Assembly: GCA_051744985.1 (NCBI GenBank)
Contig: JBNJDP010000003.1
Coordinates: 310 to 64,309 of the forward strand
Length of the DNA: 64,000 nt
Reading direction: 5' to 3'
Origin: Chlamydiota bacterium
GTDB lineage: Bacteria; Chlamydiota; Chlamydiia; Chlamydiales; JABHNK01
In this document: one piece after another, positions 1 to 10,289 of the stretch
Position numbering within the stretch: the first letter of the stretch is position 1
Layout of the letters: every line of letters starts with the position of its first letter
Notes under the pieces: model-generated
What the model was told of the DNA's origin: nothing
Databases searched by the model: none
Seen by the model: the letters and a program-made list of their open reading frames with translations, nothing else
Position numbers and translations under genes: made by a program

Positions 1-2127
1 CTCAAATCCAATAATTACGGCACTGGCATCGCTAGAGGTACGTTGAAAGACTTTACGAAAGGGCTCTTGGGAGACGATCACCTGCGCCTTAGCATTAATA
101 CGCTCATATTCTAACAATTTTTCCAAGGCCTCGACAGCTGGTTGTCGTCCTTCTTCATTCTCTATCAGGCGCATAACTCGCAGCTCGGCATTATGCCATC
201 CGGGGTTTAGGGTCATCAAATGCCCCAATAAGACCATAAGGCTACCATTACGGCGACCTCTCCACCAGATATCTACTCTCTTAACAAAGCGTCCCTGCAA
301 CTCGATAAGCTCTTTAGGGTTAATGATGACTACATTCATATTTAAAGAACGCGCCATCCGAAGTTGCTTCATATAAGATTGGAGAGTTTCTTCATCTGAT
401 GACCAACCAAAAATAGCTATATTGGGATGGAGAGCGCCTACACCAGTAGATTGAAGGAGGAGTGAAATTCCTTGAGGGATATTATCTGCCACTACTGCCA
501 CAGGAAAAGCGTTGATATCTTTCTCCTTACAAAAGGCTAGCATCTGTTTGATAACGGTATTGCGACGCCCCCCATGATTGTAAAACTTACCTTCTATAAT
601 GCTAGCCAAAAAGATAATACCTTTTTGTGCTACTAGCCACGAGGAATATACCACTAATGATTCACGGTTATAGGGATTGCCACAAAAAACAATAGGCGTA
701 GGCCTCCAGTTGCGCTGATCTTCTTCTGTCGTAGCAAGCCGGAGCAATATCCTTCGCAGCTGAGTGTAGAGGAACCCTCGACGAGCATCAGCAAAGGGTT
801 TAACAATTTTAATACGGCTCATATAAACCATCAAGAGTGCCACAGCAAAGATGGCTATCAAAGCGACATAAGCGTTGATCAAAAATGCTGCTGCCAAACA
901 TCCTAGGCCTCCAAGCAAAGTTGTTACCCAATGATAAAACTTAAAGGTCGGTCGAAAGGAGGGGTTGGCACCTACAGCTTCGATAAAAGCCGACAAGTTA
1001 ATAATACCATAGCTAAACAAGAAAAACATGGTGATAATAGCTGCTACAATATTAAGCCCTTGCCCTCCCGACTCCTTACCTACCCACCAAAAGATAAAGA
1101 TGTTAAGAAAAAGAGTTAGCAAAACAGCATAACGTGGCTCGTCACCATTTAGGGTACCTTTAGCAAAAGGTCTAAGGGGCTTAATCATAAAATCTCTAGC
1201 TACCGCCTGAAGGATGCGAGGGGCGCCAGCCATAGATGCCAAAGCACTAGAGAAGGTAGCAGCTAAAATTCCCGCTGCAACTAGCCAATTCATCCCCCAA
1301 AGGGCATTGTCCTTCAAAATATCGTAAGGATGGTTGATAAGCTGTAAGCGAGAAAAAGCACCTCCTGCAACGATTAACTGCCCGAAGTATACAATAAACC
1401 CCACAATGATGGCTCCTACGATACCTCGAGGGATACTTTTCTGAGGATTTTTAAGGTCTCCCGACATATTAAGGCCGGAATTTATTCCGGTAACAGCAGG
1501 GAAATAGATAGCAAAAAGAGCCCAAAAGGATAGTGGCGTAATAGTAGAAGAGGAAGCCCTTAGGGGAGCAAGATTATCTTTAAAGGTTTCTAAAGAGAAG
1601 AGAGGGATAATGCCAGCAAAAAAAGCGATGATAGCGCTAAAGAGCACTCCTAGAACAAGGTATTGGGTTTTAAGGGTCCAGCCCGCACCTACAAAGACTA
1701 TGCCAAAGATCAAGGCTAGCAGGCCAAAATTTACCTGCTGAAAATACGGTGTCAAAAAAGGAAACGATGCTAATAGTGCTTCGGTCATCCCTAAAATATA
1801 GAAGGAAACCGATAAACCCACACTGCAGAAAAGTGTTAAGCCGATGGCGCCACCGAATTCAGGGCCTAGCACTCTACTTATCAAGTAATAAGCTCCGCCA
1901 GTTTTTACTTTCAGGTTAGTACTTATAGCGGCTATCGAAAAAGCCGTTGCAAGGATAATTCCCTCGGAGATTAACAGGATATATGTTGTTTGAAAAATTC
2001 CGCCGTGTCCCAACACATAGTTGGCGCGCATAAAAATGATCACCCCAAGGATCGTCAGGATGCTAGGATTGAAAACGCCGGCGATAGTTCCAAACTGGTG
2101 GCGAGAAGTTTTTTTATCTACTGGCAT
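1..2127 (-). CDS. Cation-chloride cotransporter (SLC12/CCC)-like APC-superfamily permease; 3' end runs off the window
   Basis: Missing from the ORF track because the frame is open to position 1. Manual translation from ATG at 2127 gives MPVDKKTSRHQFGTIAGVFNPSILTILGVIIFMRANYVLGHGGIFQ...GGAYYLISRVLGPEFGGAIGLTLF, a CCC/amino-acid-permease N-terminal TM signature. I checked the first ~420 nt of the frame by hand and found no stops. Confidence 0.6.
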   Translation of the reverse strand, partial: MPVDKKTSRHQFGTIAGVFNPSILTILGVIIFMRANYVLGHGGIFQTTYILLISEGIILATAFSIAAISTNLKVKTGGAYYLISRVLGPEFGGAIGLTLFCSVGLSVSFYILGMTEALLASFPFLTPYFQQVNFGLLALIFGIVFVGAGWTLKTQYLVLGVLFSAIIAFFAGIIPLFSLETFKDNLAPLRASSSTITPLSFWALFAIYFPAVTGINSGLNMSGDLKNPQKSIPRGIVGAIIVGFIVYFGQLIVAGGAFSRLQLINHPYDILKDNALWGMNWLVAAGILAATFSSALASMAGAPRILQAVARDFMIKPLRPFAKGTLNGDEPRYAVLLTLFLNIFIFWWVGKESGGQGLNIVAAIITMFFLFSYGIINLSAFIEAVGANPSFRPTFKFYHWVTTLLGGLGCLAAAFLINAYVALIAIFAVALLMVYMSRIKIVKPFADARRGFLYTQLRRILLRLATTEEDQRNWRPTPIVFCGNPYNRESLVVYSSWLVAQKGIIFLASIIEGKFYNHGGRRNTVIKQMLAFCKEKDINAFPVAVVADNIPQGISLLLQSTGVGALHPNIAIFGWSSDEETLQSYMKQLRMARSLNMNVVIINPKELIELQGRFVKRVDIWWRGRRNGSLMVLLGHLMTLNPGWHNAELRVMRLIENEEGRQPAVEALEKLLEYERINAKAQVIVSQEPFRKVFQRTSSDASAVIIGFE

Positions 2128-2365
2128 AGCCCCTCAAAGATTTTATACCAATATTAGTATAGCTTTGGAAATTGATGTTATATGCCCCTATATTACTTTT
2201 ATTGGCAGGCAGGTACGTAACATCATTTTTTAAAGCTATTGTTAACATTAAATAATTTAATGCAAAAAATATTTATGCTAATACTCATACAACAGGGACT
2301 CCCCCCATGATTACGACCTAATCTTTAAAGTAACCGTCGATTAAGGGAGGCATAACGGGTATAAA

Positions 2366-2959
2366 TTACTTTTTAAGCTCGACGGAATCGAGAAAACGCT
2401 GGCATTGCGACAAGGTAATATGGGGAGCTTCAGTTGTTGTAGAAATAATATACAGGGTTGAGGAGTTTAAAATTAGGCGGTAAAGGAGCAAAGCGTTGGA
2501 ATGTCGAAGCTTGAAATCCAAAGTATGGTAGCGCCCTTCCAGCATCCAAGAAAAAAAATCTTGTAGATGCCCCTGGTGGTCTTTAATGATTTCATTCATG
2601 ACACGCTCGAGCATCACCTCGGGCTGAGGAAAGCTCGTCTGCCCTGGATATTTGACGACCATAATTTTGTATTCGACATCAGAAGCCTGAGTTTGATAAT
2701 TATCATAGGTTGTTATCAACTCATTGTGAGGGTTAACAACCTCTTGATGGCTATGCTCAAATTCCGCAGGCGTTAACACCTTAAAATTACCTACCGCTGA
2801 ATAATAGGGATACCACTGATCGTGTTTTTCCTCTAAGGCCTGCTTTTCAGCTTTCTGCTGTGGGGCGATATCTTTCATAACACTTTTATGTAACACCAGC
2901 ACCGCTGACAGTGATAGTAATAAAGCTGCTAAAAGAGCCAACAAAATCCTTGCCACCAC
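2366..2959 (-). CDS. Hypothetical protein with an N-terminal signal/anchor helix
   Basis: 197-aa ORF (GTG start in the track). Hydrophobic N-terminus ARILLALLAALLLSLSAVLVL. No motif recognised. Confidence 0.45.
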   Translation of the reverse strand: MVARILLALLAALLLSLSAVLVLHKSVMKDIAPQQKAEKQALEEKHDQWYPYYSAVGNFKVLTPAEFEHSHQEVVNPHNELITTYDNYQTQASDVEYKIMVVKYPGQTSFPQPEVMLERVMNEIIKDHQGHLQDFFSWMLEGRYHTLDFKLRHSNALLLYRLILNSSTLYIISTTTEAPHITLSQCQRFLDSVELKK

Positions 2960-3082
2960 TATCTCCTAAAAATAAAATTGGAATAATAATCACTTCTTTG
3001 CACAATAATGCCAGATCGTATAGCAAAACCCTTACTTTTGTAGCAACCCTTAGAAAACATCATAAGACAAGGCATCAGCACT

Positions 3083-3982
3083 ATGATTGGTGAAGTTAAC
3101 AACGATCCTTACAACTTACGGTCCTACCAACCTGCGGCACCTGCGGCAAATGATTCAGCAACATGGGAAGCCAGGACCGTTTCTAGAAATCCCGATAATC
3201 CAACGGCTACCAAAGCTAACAATAAAGTTTTACCCTTATTAAGATGGGTTAATGATATCGTACTAGACAAATGGGCATTCAACGCTTTACAAGCTTTCGA
3301 CAAACATATAGTTACTCCTCTTAGTAGCCTAAAAAATCGAATTACAAGGCTAGCTAATCGGATATTCAATATTAAGCAGAACAAACTAAAACACAAAGAA
3401 ATCCAAAAACAATTACAGGAAACTACTCCTCACCCCCAATTAGAAGATTGGATAAGAGAAGAAGCCCTTCCGAAAAAATTACGTCAACAGTGTGCTCAAA
3501 GTGTAGCAAAACACTTTTTAGAGAAACCTTCTAAGGAGCTGCTTGATGGATTGAGGGCTGCTTTTAGCAATCATATTTTAACCTCTAGCCAGCAGGAAGA
3601 TTTTGCCAAGAGGGTCTTCTCGTTAGAGGCTAAAAATCCCGATGCCAAAGATTTAAAAAGTAAGGTTTTACAGAATTTACTGCGGTTTGGCAGCCTATCT
3701 CCGGAAACTCAAAGAAAAGCCGCTCAAGCTTTAGTAGATACAATGCTAGCGGATATCATTAATGGCACTCCTTCCCATAAATCGCTTTCGGATTTAGGTG
3801 AGGCTCTGGTACATTCAACGAACACCGACCACGAAGCTATCAAGATTTTAGCTAGGGCTGCATCATATTACAGTGACAACGACTATAAGGAGTATCACAA
3901 ACTCTCTTCAGATAGAAAGGCAGCCATCGCCCCAGCTTTAGCATGGCTCGATCAACATCGCGGTTTTAAGCCTAGCAGCTGA
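3083..3982 (+). CDS. Hypothetical protein, predicted helical
   Basis: 299-aa ORF with ATG start. No recognisable catalytic motif. Confidence 0.45.
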   Translation: MIGEVNNDPYNLRSYQPAAPAANDSATWEARTVSRNPDNPTATKANNKVLPLLRWVNDIVLDKWAFNALQAFDKHIVTPLSSLKNRITRLANRIFNIKQNKLKHKEIQKQLQETTPHPQLEDWIREEALPKKLRQQCAQSVAKHFLEKPSKELLDGLRAAFSNHILTSSQQEDFAKRVFSLEAKNPDAKDLKSKVLQNLLRFGSLSPETQRKAAQALVDTMLADIINGTPSHKSLSDLGEALVHSTNTDHEAIKILARAASYYSDNDYKEYHKLSSDRKAAIAPALAWLDQHRGFKPSS

Positions 3983-4001
3983 TCTGAAGGTTACTAATGC
4001 C

Positions 4002-4862
4002 CTAATTTTTTGATAGCATGATCGTTGCCCACTGATCTTTATCGTAGCGTTTTATAACCCTGCAACCACACTCCTGATAGCACTTTTCAACCCTTTCAGC
4101 TTCTAAATGCCAGATACCAGAAAGGACTATAATTCCCTTTTCAGACATAAGGTCAGTAATAGCTTCTGCCAGATCGCACAGTGGATTAGCAAGGATGTTG
4201 GCAACAATCAAATCATAAGGTGCAGCATGTTGAACTTCCTGGATAGCGACTCCATAGCCTTGATAAGCTTCTAGGTTGAAAACGCCATTGACACGTGCAT
4301 TCTCGAGAGTTTTTTTGACACACTCCTCTTCGGTGTCTGTAGCGTAAACGGGGATACCCATGATTTTAGCCAGAGCAATAGCCAAAACCCCTGTTCCACA
4401 GCCTATATCGAGGGCATTGTCGATAGCATATTCTTTATCAGCAATATCTTTTATGGCATTCAAACAGCCCTGTGTTGTCTGATGATGTCCGGAGCCAAAA
4501 GCCATCTTAGCATCGATAACAATAGGAACGCATTCCGGAGGAGCTGACTCAGAAGCGTCTCTGTCGACAAGATAAAAATTTCCAACCCTTATAGGGGCAA
4601 AATGGTATTGCTCGGGAGGGTACCAGTCGCTTTCTTGCAGCTCCTTAAAGACCACCTCGATAGGAGGAAGCTCAAATTGCTCTTCTAAAATGCCGAGCTT
4701 ATGTTTCAAGGCATCCTTAGAGCAGAGTGGGATAACGCCGGCAACATGACTTTCGCTATCACTCCAGAGGACTTCTACTTCACCTTCTAAGCATTCTTCG
4801 ACAAAATCCTGCTTGTCGGGGTTGACTGTAAAGCTAAACTGTAAGTATTCCGAAGCTTCCAT
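4002..4862 (-). CDS. prmA: Ribosomal protein L11 methyltransferase
   Basis: FGSGHHQTTQ and DIGCGTGVLAIALAK motifs are typical of PrmA. Start moved to ATG at 4862 (the track starts at TTG 4868). The upstream gene's stop is 2 nt away. Confidence 0.8.
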   Translation of the reverse strand: MEASEYLQFSFTVNPDKQDFVEECLEGEVEVLWSDSESHVAGVIPLCSKDALKHKLGILEEQFELPPIEVVFKELQESDWYPPEQYHFAPIRVGNFYLVDRDASESAPPECVPIVIDAKMAFGSGHHQTTQGCLNAIKDIADKEYAIDNALDIGCGTGVLAIALAKIMGIPVYATDTEEECVKKTLENARVNGVFNLEAYQGYGVAIQEVQHAAPYDLIVANILANPLCDLAEAITDLMSEKGIIVLSGIWHLEAERVEKCYQECGCRVIKRYDKDQWATIMLSKN

Positions 4863-4864
4863 GA

Positions 4865-6355
4865 TCAATATTTTACGATAGCGTCAAGGATGTCGCGAAC
4901 TTTAACCGTAGCATATGTCGAACAAAAATCCGACATTGCGTAAGGGATTACTATTTCCTCATTATGGACTATACTGCCACAAGTATAAACAACATTGGGG
5001 ACATAACCCTCACGTTCATGTTCGTTAGGAACCAAGAAAGGCTCTTCGAGGGTGCCGATAACTTTACGGGGATCGTCAAGATCCAATAAAGTTGCCCCTA
5101 AGCAGTACGTGCGCATAGGCCCAACACCATGGGTAATAAAAAGCCAACCTTCATCAGTCTCTACCGGAGAGCCGCAGTTACCAACTTGGACGAATTCCCA
5201 AGGATATTTAGGTTCTTGTATTTTAGTAACTTCTCCCCAAACATGAACATCATCGGAAAACATAACATAATTGTTCACTCCATCGATACGACAAAGCATG
5301 ACATATTGTCCGTTAACTTTACGAGGAAAGAGCGCTAAGCCTTTATTTTGAACGTGCTTACCATGGATAGGTGAGATTTTGAAGTGGATAAAATCTTTAG
5401 TCTCTAACAATTTAGGTAAGATGGTAAAACCGTTATACGCTGTGTAGGTAGCGTAATACTTAAAGGAGCCATCATCGTCGACAAACTTCACAAAACGCGC
5501 ATCCTCAATACCCTTGCTTTCAGAATATGATACCGGGAAAATGACCCTCTCTGTTAAGGCGGTATCGCGGGAGAAGGTAATCTCGTAATGTGATTTAGCT
5601 ACCCACTTGACGGTATCCAAAATTTCCTTATAGTGCTGAGGGAAGGCGGGATCAGCATTGAGTTCAATGATAGCTTTTACCAAATAACCGTAGATAAACT
5701 GATCATCGAGCTTCTCATCGACAGCATCGATGATACCTTTAGGGATGTTAACTTCTTCAAGCTTTTCAATAAACTGTTCTTTATTATAGACGGCACGCTT
5801 AATAGTCTCGGGCACTTCAACGTAAGTATTTTTGTCTAGGATGCTATTACTTTTCTTATAAGAACATCTAAGCTCATTATCTTTATCGAGGATTCCATCT
5901 ATAAAAGTTATTGATGATATATGTCCTTCCCCTACCGCTCTAAAAGCCAGAATAACGCGTATCTCCCCTTCTTCAAGGCCTGATTGGTCGGGGTGTTCAA
6001 CGATCGAAGGGTTGAAATAAGCCGAAGATTCGAAAGAATACTCCATGGTAAAGTAAGAACCCATGAGGAGCATCCTCTTATAAGAAATTTCGCCTTGTCT
6101 TATGCCGTAGTCGTGTTCTTTAGTGGTACTCATAAAATTTTTTATGAATATCTTATTGATATCACGGTGCCGATGGTTAAAGCGCTCCATAACGTCTGCA
6201 AGGTGTTTTTCGACCTCTTGCTCTGATAAAGATAAAATTCTGTCTATGAGAGGTTTTAGCCTTTCATAATTAGCACCGTAATGCATAAACCTTGTAATAA
6301 CCCTACGGAGGTCGGGGGCAAAAAACATTTCTCTTCTATGAACAGGAACAGTCAT
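4865..6355 (-). CDS. GH130-like glycosidase/phosphorylase family protein (DUF377-type beta-propeller) with a ~170-aa N-terminal extension
   Basis: The C-terminal half (GWLFITHGVGPMRTYCLGATLLDLDDP...GYVPNVVYTCG...IPYAMSD) resembles GH130-type glycosidase-related proteins as I recall them. ATG at 6355. Confidence 0.5.
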   Translation of the reverse strand: MTVPVHRREMFFAPDLRRVITRFMHYGANYERLKPLIDRILSLSEQEVEKHLADVMERFNHRHRDINKIFIKNFMSTTKEHDYGIRQGEISYKRMLLMGSYFTMEYSFESSAYFNPSIVEHPDQSGLEEGEIRVILAFRAVGEGHISSITFIDGILDKDNELRCSYKKSNSILDKNTYVEVPETIKRAVYNKEQFIEKLEEVNIPKGIIDAVDEKLDDQFIYGYLVKAIIELNADPAFPQHYKEILDTVKWVAKSHYEITFSRDTALTERVIFPVSYSESKGIEDARFVKFVDDDGSFKYYATYTAYNGFTILPKLLETKDFIHFKISPIHGKHVQNKGLALFPRKVNGQYVMLCRIDGVNNYVMFSDDVHVWGEVTKIQEPKYPWEFVQVGNCGSPVETDEGWLFITHGVGPMRTYCLGATLLDLDDPRKVIGTLEEPFLVPNEHEREGYVPNVVYTCGSIVHNEEIVIPYAMSDFCSTYATVKVRDILDAIVKY

Positions 6356-6472
6356 AATCACACCATGATTTTGTCATCGCTAAAAACATTTTTATAAACA
6401 AAATCTGACAAAGAAGCAAGCCTAAATCGCTATCGAGCTTAATGATATTTATCCTGTGATATCTTCCTAATC

Positions 6473-7309
6473 TCATTCTCCAAACAGCCAGCGTAGGTAC
6501 CAGCGCCGGAACCACCAATGATCCTCCTTGTGCACAGCTGTATCAGAAGAGCGGTAAACTTCATTAGCAAATTTCCAAGGAAAATTAAGGAAAAGCCTAC
6601 TATGACCGGCATCCCTGCCGAAATGCTGACATTCCTGCTTTTTCCTCTGTGCTATAACTTTATTATAGGAAGAGTCTCTTACTAGGGTATGATAAGCTTT
6701 CTCTCTATCGACATCGCGCCCACGGGCTACACATTTGCTGTTAAGATAGAGAAACCTTGTACCATGATAACGCTGCCATTTATAAAACCATGTTTCTTCA
6801 CAACCATAGTTGCCGGCGAACTCCTCATCGAAGCCATAATATTTAAGAAATTGCCCTCGAGAAAGCAGAAAAGTCGTAGCGTGAGAGCGTAAAGGGTGCC
6901 CCGAAGATGTCATGCGGCGCATCTTATAAAAGGTACGCCCAGGGTTTTTGATCTTGATCATCTCTCGCAAGGTCTCTACAGGAAAATCATGATCGAGATC
7001 AGCTAATAGAACCTTATCAGCACGAGCAAAAGTTATACCTAAGTTGCGTGCGCCGGCTTGATTCCAGGGGATATCTTTTTCTATTCTAAAGAGGGAGACG
7101 TTAAGGTTGAGGTCATGAGGAATCTTTACAGGTATCGGAGACCCATCATCAACGATCACAAACTGAATATAATCCAAAATATCGGCAGGATATTGAGAAT
7201 AATCTTCCAATAACGAGGTAAGAGAGTTTGACTCGGCCTGATTGAAATACACAGGTATCACTACCGATAACTTCAACAAAGAAAAATCTGGCTTAAGAGG
7301 TGCTGACAT
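6473..7309 (-). CDS. Family 2 glycosyltransferase
   Basis: LSVVIPVYFNQ ... FVIVDDGS ... NQAGARNLG matches the GT2 (GT-A, DXD) pattern. ATG at 7309 (the track starts at GTG 7318). Confidence 0.7.
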   Translation of the reverse strand: MSAPLKPDFSLLKLSVVIPVYFNQAESNSLTSLLEDYSQYPADILDYIQFVIVDDGSPIPVKIPHDLNLNVSLFRIEKDIPWNQAGARNLGITFARADKVLLADLDHDFPVETLREMIKIKNPGRTFYKMRRMTSSGHPLRSHATTFLLSRGQFLKYYGFDEEFAGNYGCEETWFYKWQRYHGTRFLYLNSKCVARGRDVDREKAYHTLVRDSSYNKVIAQRKKQECQHFGRDAGHSRLFLNFPWKFANEVYRSSDTAVHKEDHWWFRRWYLRWLFGE

Positions 7310-7411
7310 CTTTTTCACTCTATGTTAAATAAAAAAAAAAAACAGTATGATAACAAACACTCTAATAAATCAACTTAAAACCATACTTGCTTACCATCCA
7401 CAAGGGTTAAT

Positions 7412-7996
7412 ATGTCTTACCATCCCAAGATTATAGCTTTCGCTGGGAGCACTCGAAAAGACTCTTACAATAAGAAGCTGGTGAAAATATCAGCTGAAGG
7501 AGCTCGTAGAGCTGATGCTGATGTCACTTATATTGACCTGAGAGACTACCCTCTACCTCTCTATGATGCCGATTTAGAAGCACAAGAAGGGCTCCCCTCT
7601 AATGCTCAAAGGTTAAAAGAACTATTCTTAGAACATGACGGCCTACTTTTAGCCACCCCTGAATATAATAGTTCTTTGCCAGCGGTATTAAAAAATACTA
7701 TCGACTGGATTTCAAGGAAGGGCAAAGACTCAGAACCTATGTTGGCATGTTTTAAAGGTAAGACGGCGTCTATCATGAGCGCTTCACCTAGCGATCTAGG
7801 AGGGCTGCGCAGTTTATTACAAGCTAGGGCGATACTGGAAAACATTATGGTGATGGTCCTCCCTCCCCACCTTACCATCCCTAATGCTGACCAAGCTTTT
7901 GATGCTAACGGTCAACTAATTAACGGTGATCTTCAGCGCCAAGCTATGCAAAGAGGCCGGGATTTAGCAGAAGTGCTTGCCAAGCTACACGCTTAA
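7412..7996 (+). CDS. NADPH-dependent FMN reductase family protein
   Basis: IIAFAGSTRKDSYNKKL ... LATPEYNSSLPAVLKNTIDWISR is the flavodoxin-like NADPH-FMN reductase signature. Confidence 0.75.
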   Translation: MSYHPKIIAFAGSTRKDSYNKKLVKISAEGARRADADVTYIDLRDYPLPLYDADLEAQEGLPSNAQRLKELFLEHDGLLLATPEYNSSLPAVLKNTIDWISRKGKDSEPMLACFKGKTASIMSASPSDLGGLRSLLQARAILENIMVMVLPPHLTIPNADQAFDANGQLINGDLQRQAMQRGRDLAEVLAKLHA

Positions 7997-8878
7997 TTTT
8001 GCGGTGACAGCTTCGATGATATTATTGCGTTGACCTATCACCCAATTGGGAGCCACAACAAAGTGAGGATGACCATTGCCGCCTATACGGTGAATAACGC
8101 ATTCAGGAGGAAGTCTTTTGATAAAAGCTGTTGCAAGGTCGACGAAATCTTCAAATTCTAGAGGGCTCCACTCCCCGCGCCGATATTGTTCAGCGATAGT
8201 AGTATTTTCCATAGCCACTAGCATATGAATTTTCACGCCTCCAACGCCTAGCTCTGCCAACCTATCGGCAGTAGCTAGCTGATCATCGACACTCTCTCCC
8301 GGCAATCCTAGAATAACATGAGCGCAAGTTTCTAGGCCTAACCTTTGAGAAAGAGCTAGGGCTCCAACAAAATCTTGGTGCGTTTCTTGGCGGTTAATTC
8401 TTGCCAACGTGCGGTCATGAACACTCTGTACTCCATATTCGACACAAACATAGGGGAGCTTTTCGCGGTATTCGGCGATCAAAGCAAGCTTTTGTTCATC
8501 GACGCTATCAGGGCGAGTAGAGATCGATAAGCCTACAATATCGGGATGAGCATTTACAGCTTCATCATAGTAAGCACGCAACCTTTCTATAGGGGCATAA
8601 GTATTGGTAAAAGATTGAAAATAAGCGATAAACTTACAAGCGCTAGAACGCTTACGCCGTAAAAGGCCATTATTCAAAACTTGCTGGGTAATAGAGCCAT
8701 GGCGGCAAGAAGCGCGTGCTGAAGAGCCTACCTCATCGCAAAAAATACACCCCTGCCGCCCTTTTGTACCGTCGCGGTTAGGGCAACTAAAGCCTGCATC
8801 GACCGAAACTTTATAGACGGGGCAACCAAATTTTTTGCGCAGATAATTATTGTAACTTAGAAATGGCGGGTTCATCAT
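7985..8878 (-). CDS. Radical SAM protein, TIGR01212-like family
   Basis: DAGFSCPNRDG...GCIFCDE cysteine cluster and overall length typical of this family. Its 3' end overlaps the convergent FMN reductase gene by 12 nt. Confidence 0.7.
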   Translation of the reverse strand: MMNPPFLSYNNYLRKKFGCPVYKVSVDAGFSCPNRDGTKGRQGCIFCDEVGSSARASCRHGSITQQVLNNGLLRRKRSSACKFIAYFQSFTNTYAPIERLRAYYDEAVNAHPDIVGLSISTRPDSVDEQKLALIAEYREKLPYVCVEYGVQSVHDRTLARINRQETHQDFVGALALSQRLGLETCAHVILGLPGESVDDQLATADRLAELGVGGVKIHMLVAMENTTIAEQYRRGEWSPLEFEDFVDLATAFIKRLPPECVIHRIGGNGHPHFVVAPNWVIGQRNNIIEAVTAKLSV

Positions 8879-10250
8879 CTTTCCTCTGCATAATTTTACC
8901 TATAAGATACCAAGTACCTGAAGCTATCAGTCCCGCGAAAAAAGGCTCCACATTAGCAGGATAGTTCCCTTCCCTGCTCAATATAAGCCAAAGAATAGCT
9001 ATTCCTCCGCCTGATACCATCATCACTAAAGTTTGAAAACCTTCCAAACGCCAAGCGGGGAAGTATGACAACAACACCGGCAATAATAAAGCGGGGACAG
9101 TAACAGTATATATCAAATACCACAGCTTAACTACCGAAGGAAAAAATAGCGCCAAAATTATCGCCAATCCCGCAGTAACTAATAATCCCAATTTAAAGGG
9201 GAAACCTTTTTCTTTATTCTTACGCCCCATAATATCATATGCCAAGGTTACCGATCCGATATGGTAATGGGAGTCGAGAGCTGCCATAATAAAAGAGAAA
9301 ACCCCTGCAAAAAATATTCCTTTTATTATAGGAGGCAAAAGCTTATCAGCTAAAACAGGATAGGCTTGAACGGGGTCTATAGTCGGCAGCAACACGCGAG
9401 AACATAATCCAGTAGTGGCTAACAAAGCATCTAAAACTACCCAAAAGACTAAAGAGATCATAATCCCTTTTTTAGCTGTTTGCGAGGTGCGGGCAGCATA
9501 ACAGCGTTGGTGAAAAGAAGGAGCTATCAAAGTCCAAAGAGCAAAGCTAAACCATACTAAGATATAGCTTAAGCGGTGACCGCCAGTCAACGAGGGATGC
9601 TTAGCAGGCAAAGCTGCCGCTAAGCTGCTAAATCCACCGACTGCTTTCAAAGCTGCGGGCATGATAATCAAGCAACTTATCACCATAAGGATGAGCTGAA
9701 TTTTATCAGTTTTGACAACACTGCGAAAACCACCAAAAAAAACATATATCATCGAAAAAAAGGTTCCCAATATAACAGCTAAAGGCAGAGGGCAGCCAAA
9801 GACCAGCTGGAAGATTACTCCCAGCATCAGCACTTTTGTCGCCGGAATACTGTGAAGGAAGATCAATATACTTCCGATCATACTGGTAGAACGGCCATAA
9901 TGTTTATAAAGTCTGTCGGGGATGGTAAGAATCTCATCTTGTCGTACCTTGTCGACCAAAAAAAAAGCAAATAACACCGCAAAAAGATAATAAGGCAATC
10001 CTTGTAACAGCCATGTGGAAAGCCCAAAACGGTGATAAAACTCTCCCACCCCCAGAACTCCACCATACCAGGTTGCTACCAAGGTTGCCACAAATGCAGG
10101 CATCGTCAAGGTGCGTCCTGCCAAAATATAGCCTTCTTCATCTTTAGATTTCTTGGAAACTCCCACCACCCATAAGATGATAAAATACACTAATACTATA
10201 GCCTTATCAGCCCAGTGTAAGTTAAACACGACGGCTCCATTTGCTAGCAT
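8847..10250 (-). CDS. Sodium:solute symporter (SSF) family transporter
   Basis: 467-aa polytopic membrane protein. ILAGRTLTMPAFVATLVATWYGGVLGVGE is an SSF-type motif. Confidence 0.7.
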   Translation of the reverse strand: MLANGAVVFNLHWADKAIVLVYFIILWVVGVSKKSKDEEGYILAGRTLTMPAFVATLVATWYGGVLGVGEFYHRFGLSTWLLQGLPYYLFAVLFAFFLVDKVRQDEILTIPDRLYKHYGRSTSMIGSILIFLHSIPATKVLMLGVIFQLVFGCPLPLAVILGTFFSMIYVFFGGFRSVVKTDKIQLILMVISCLIIMPAALKAVGGFSSLAAALPAKHPSLTGGHRLSYILVWFSFALWTLIAPSFHQRCYAARTSQTAKKGIMISLVFWVVLDALLATTGLCSRVLLPTIDPVQAYPVLADKLLPPIIKGIFFAGVFSFIMAALDSHYHIGSVTLAYDIMGRKNKEKGFPFKLGLLVTAGLAIILALFFPSVVKLWYLIYTVTVPALLLPVLLSYFPAWRLEGFQTLVMMVSGGGIAILWLILSREGNYPANVEPFFAGLIASGTWYLIGKIMQRKDDEPAISKLQ

Positions 10251-10289
10251 AAAGCTTTAAAATTTGGCTTTTCATTAGTTTATATATCC

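Noticed and set aside
7331-7342. A12 homopolymer in the divergent promoter region between the GT2 gene and the FMN reductase gene (also A9/T9 runs inside cas3 at 35741-35749 and malQ near 23171)
   Set aside because: Homopolymers of this length are common in AT-rich intergenic DNA. There is no evidence of phase variation from a single sequence, and the coding runs are in-frame.
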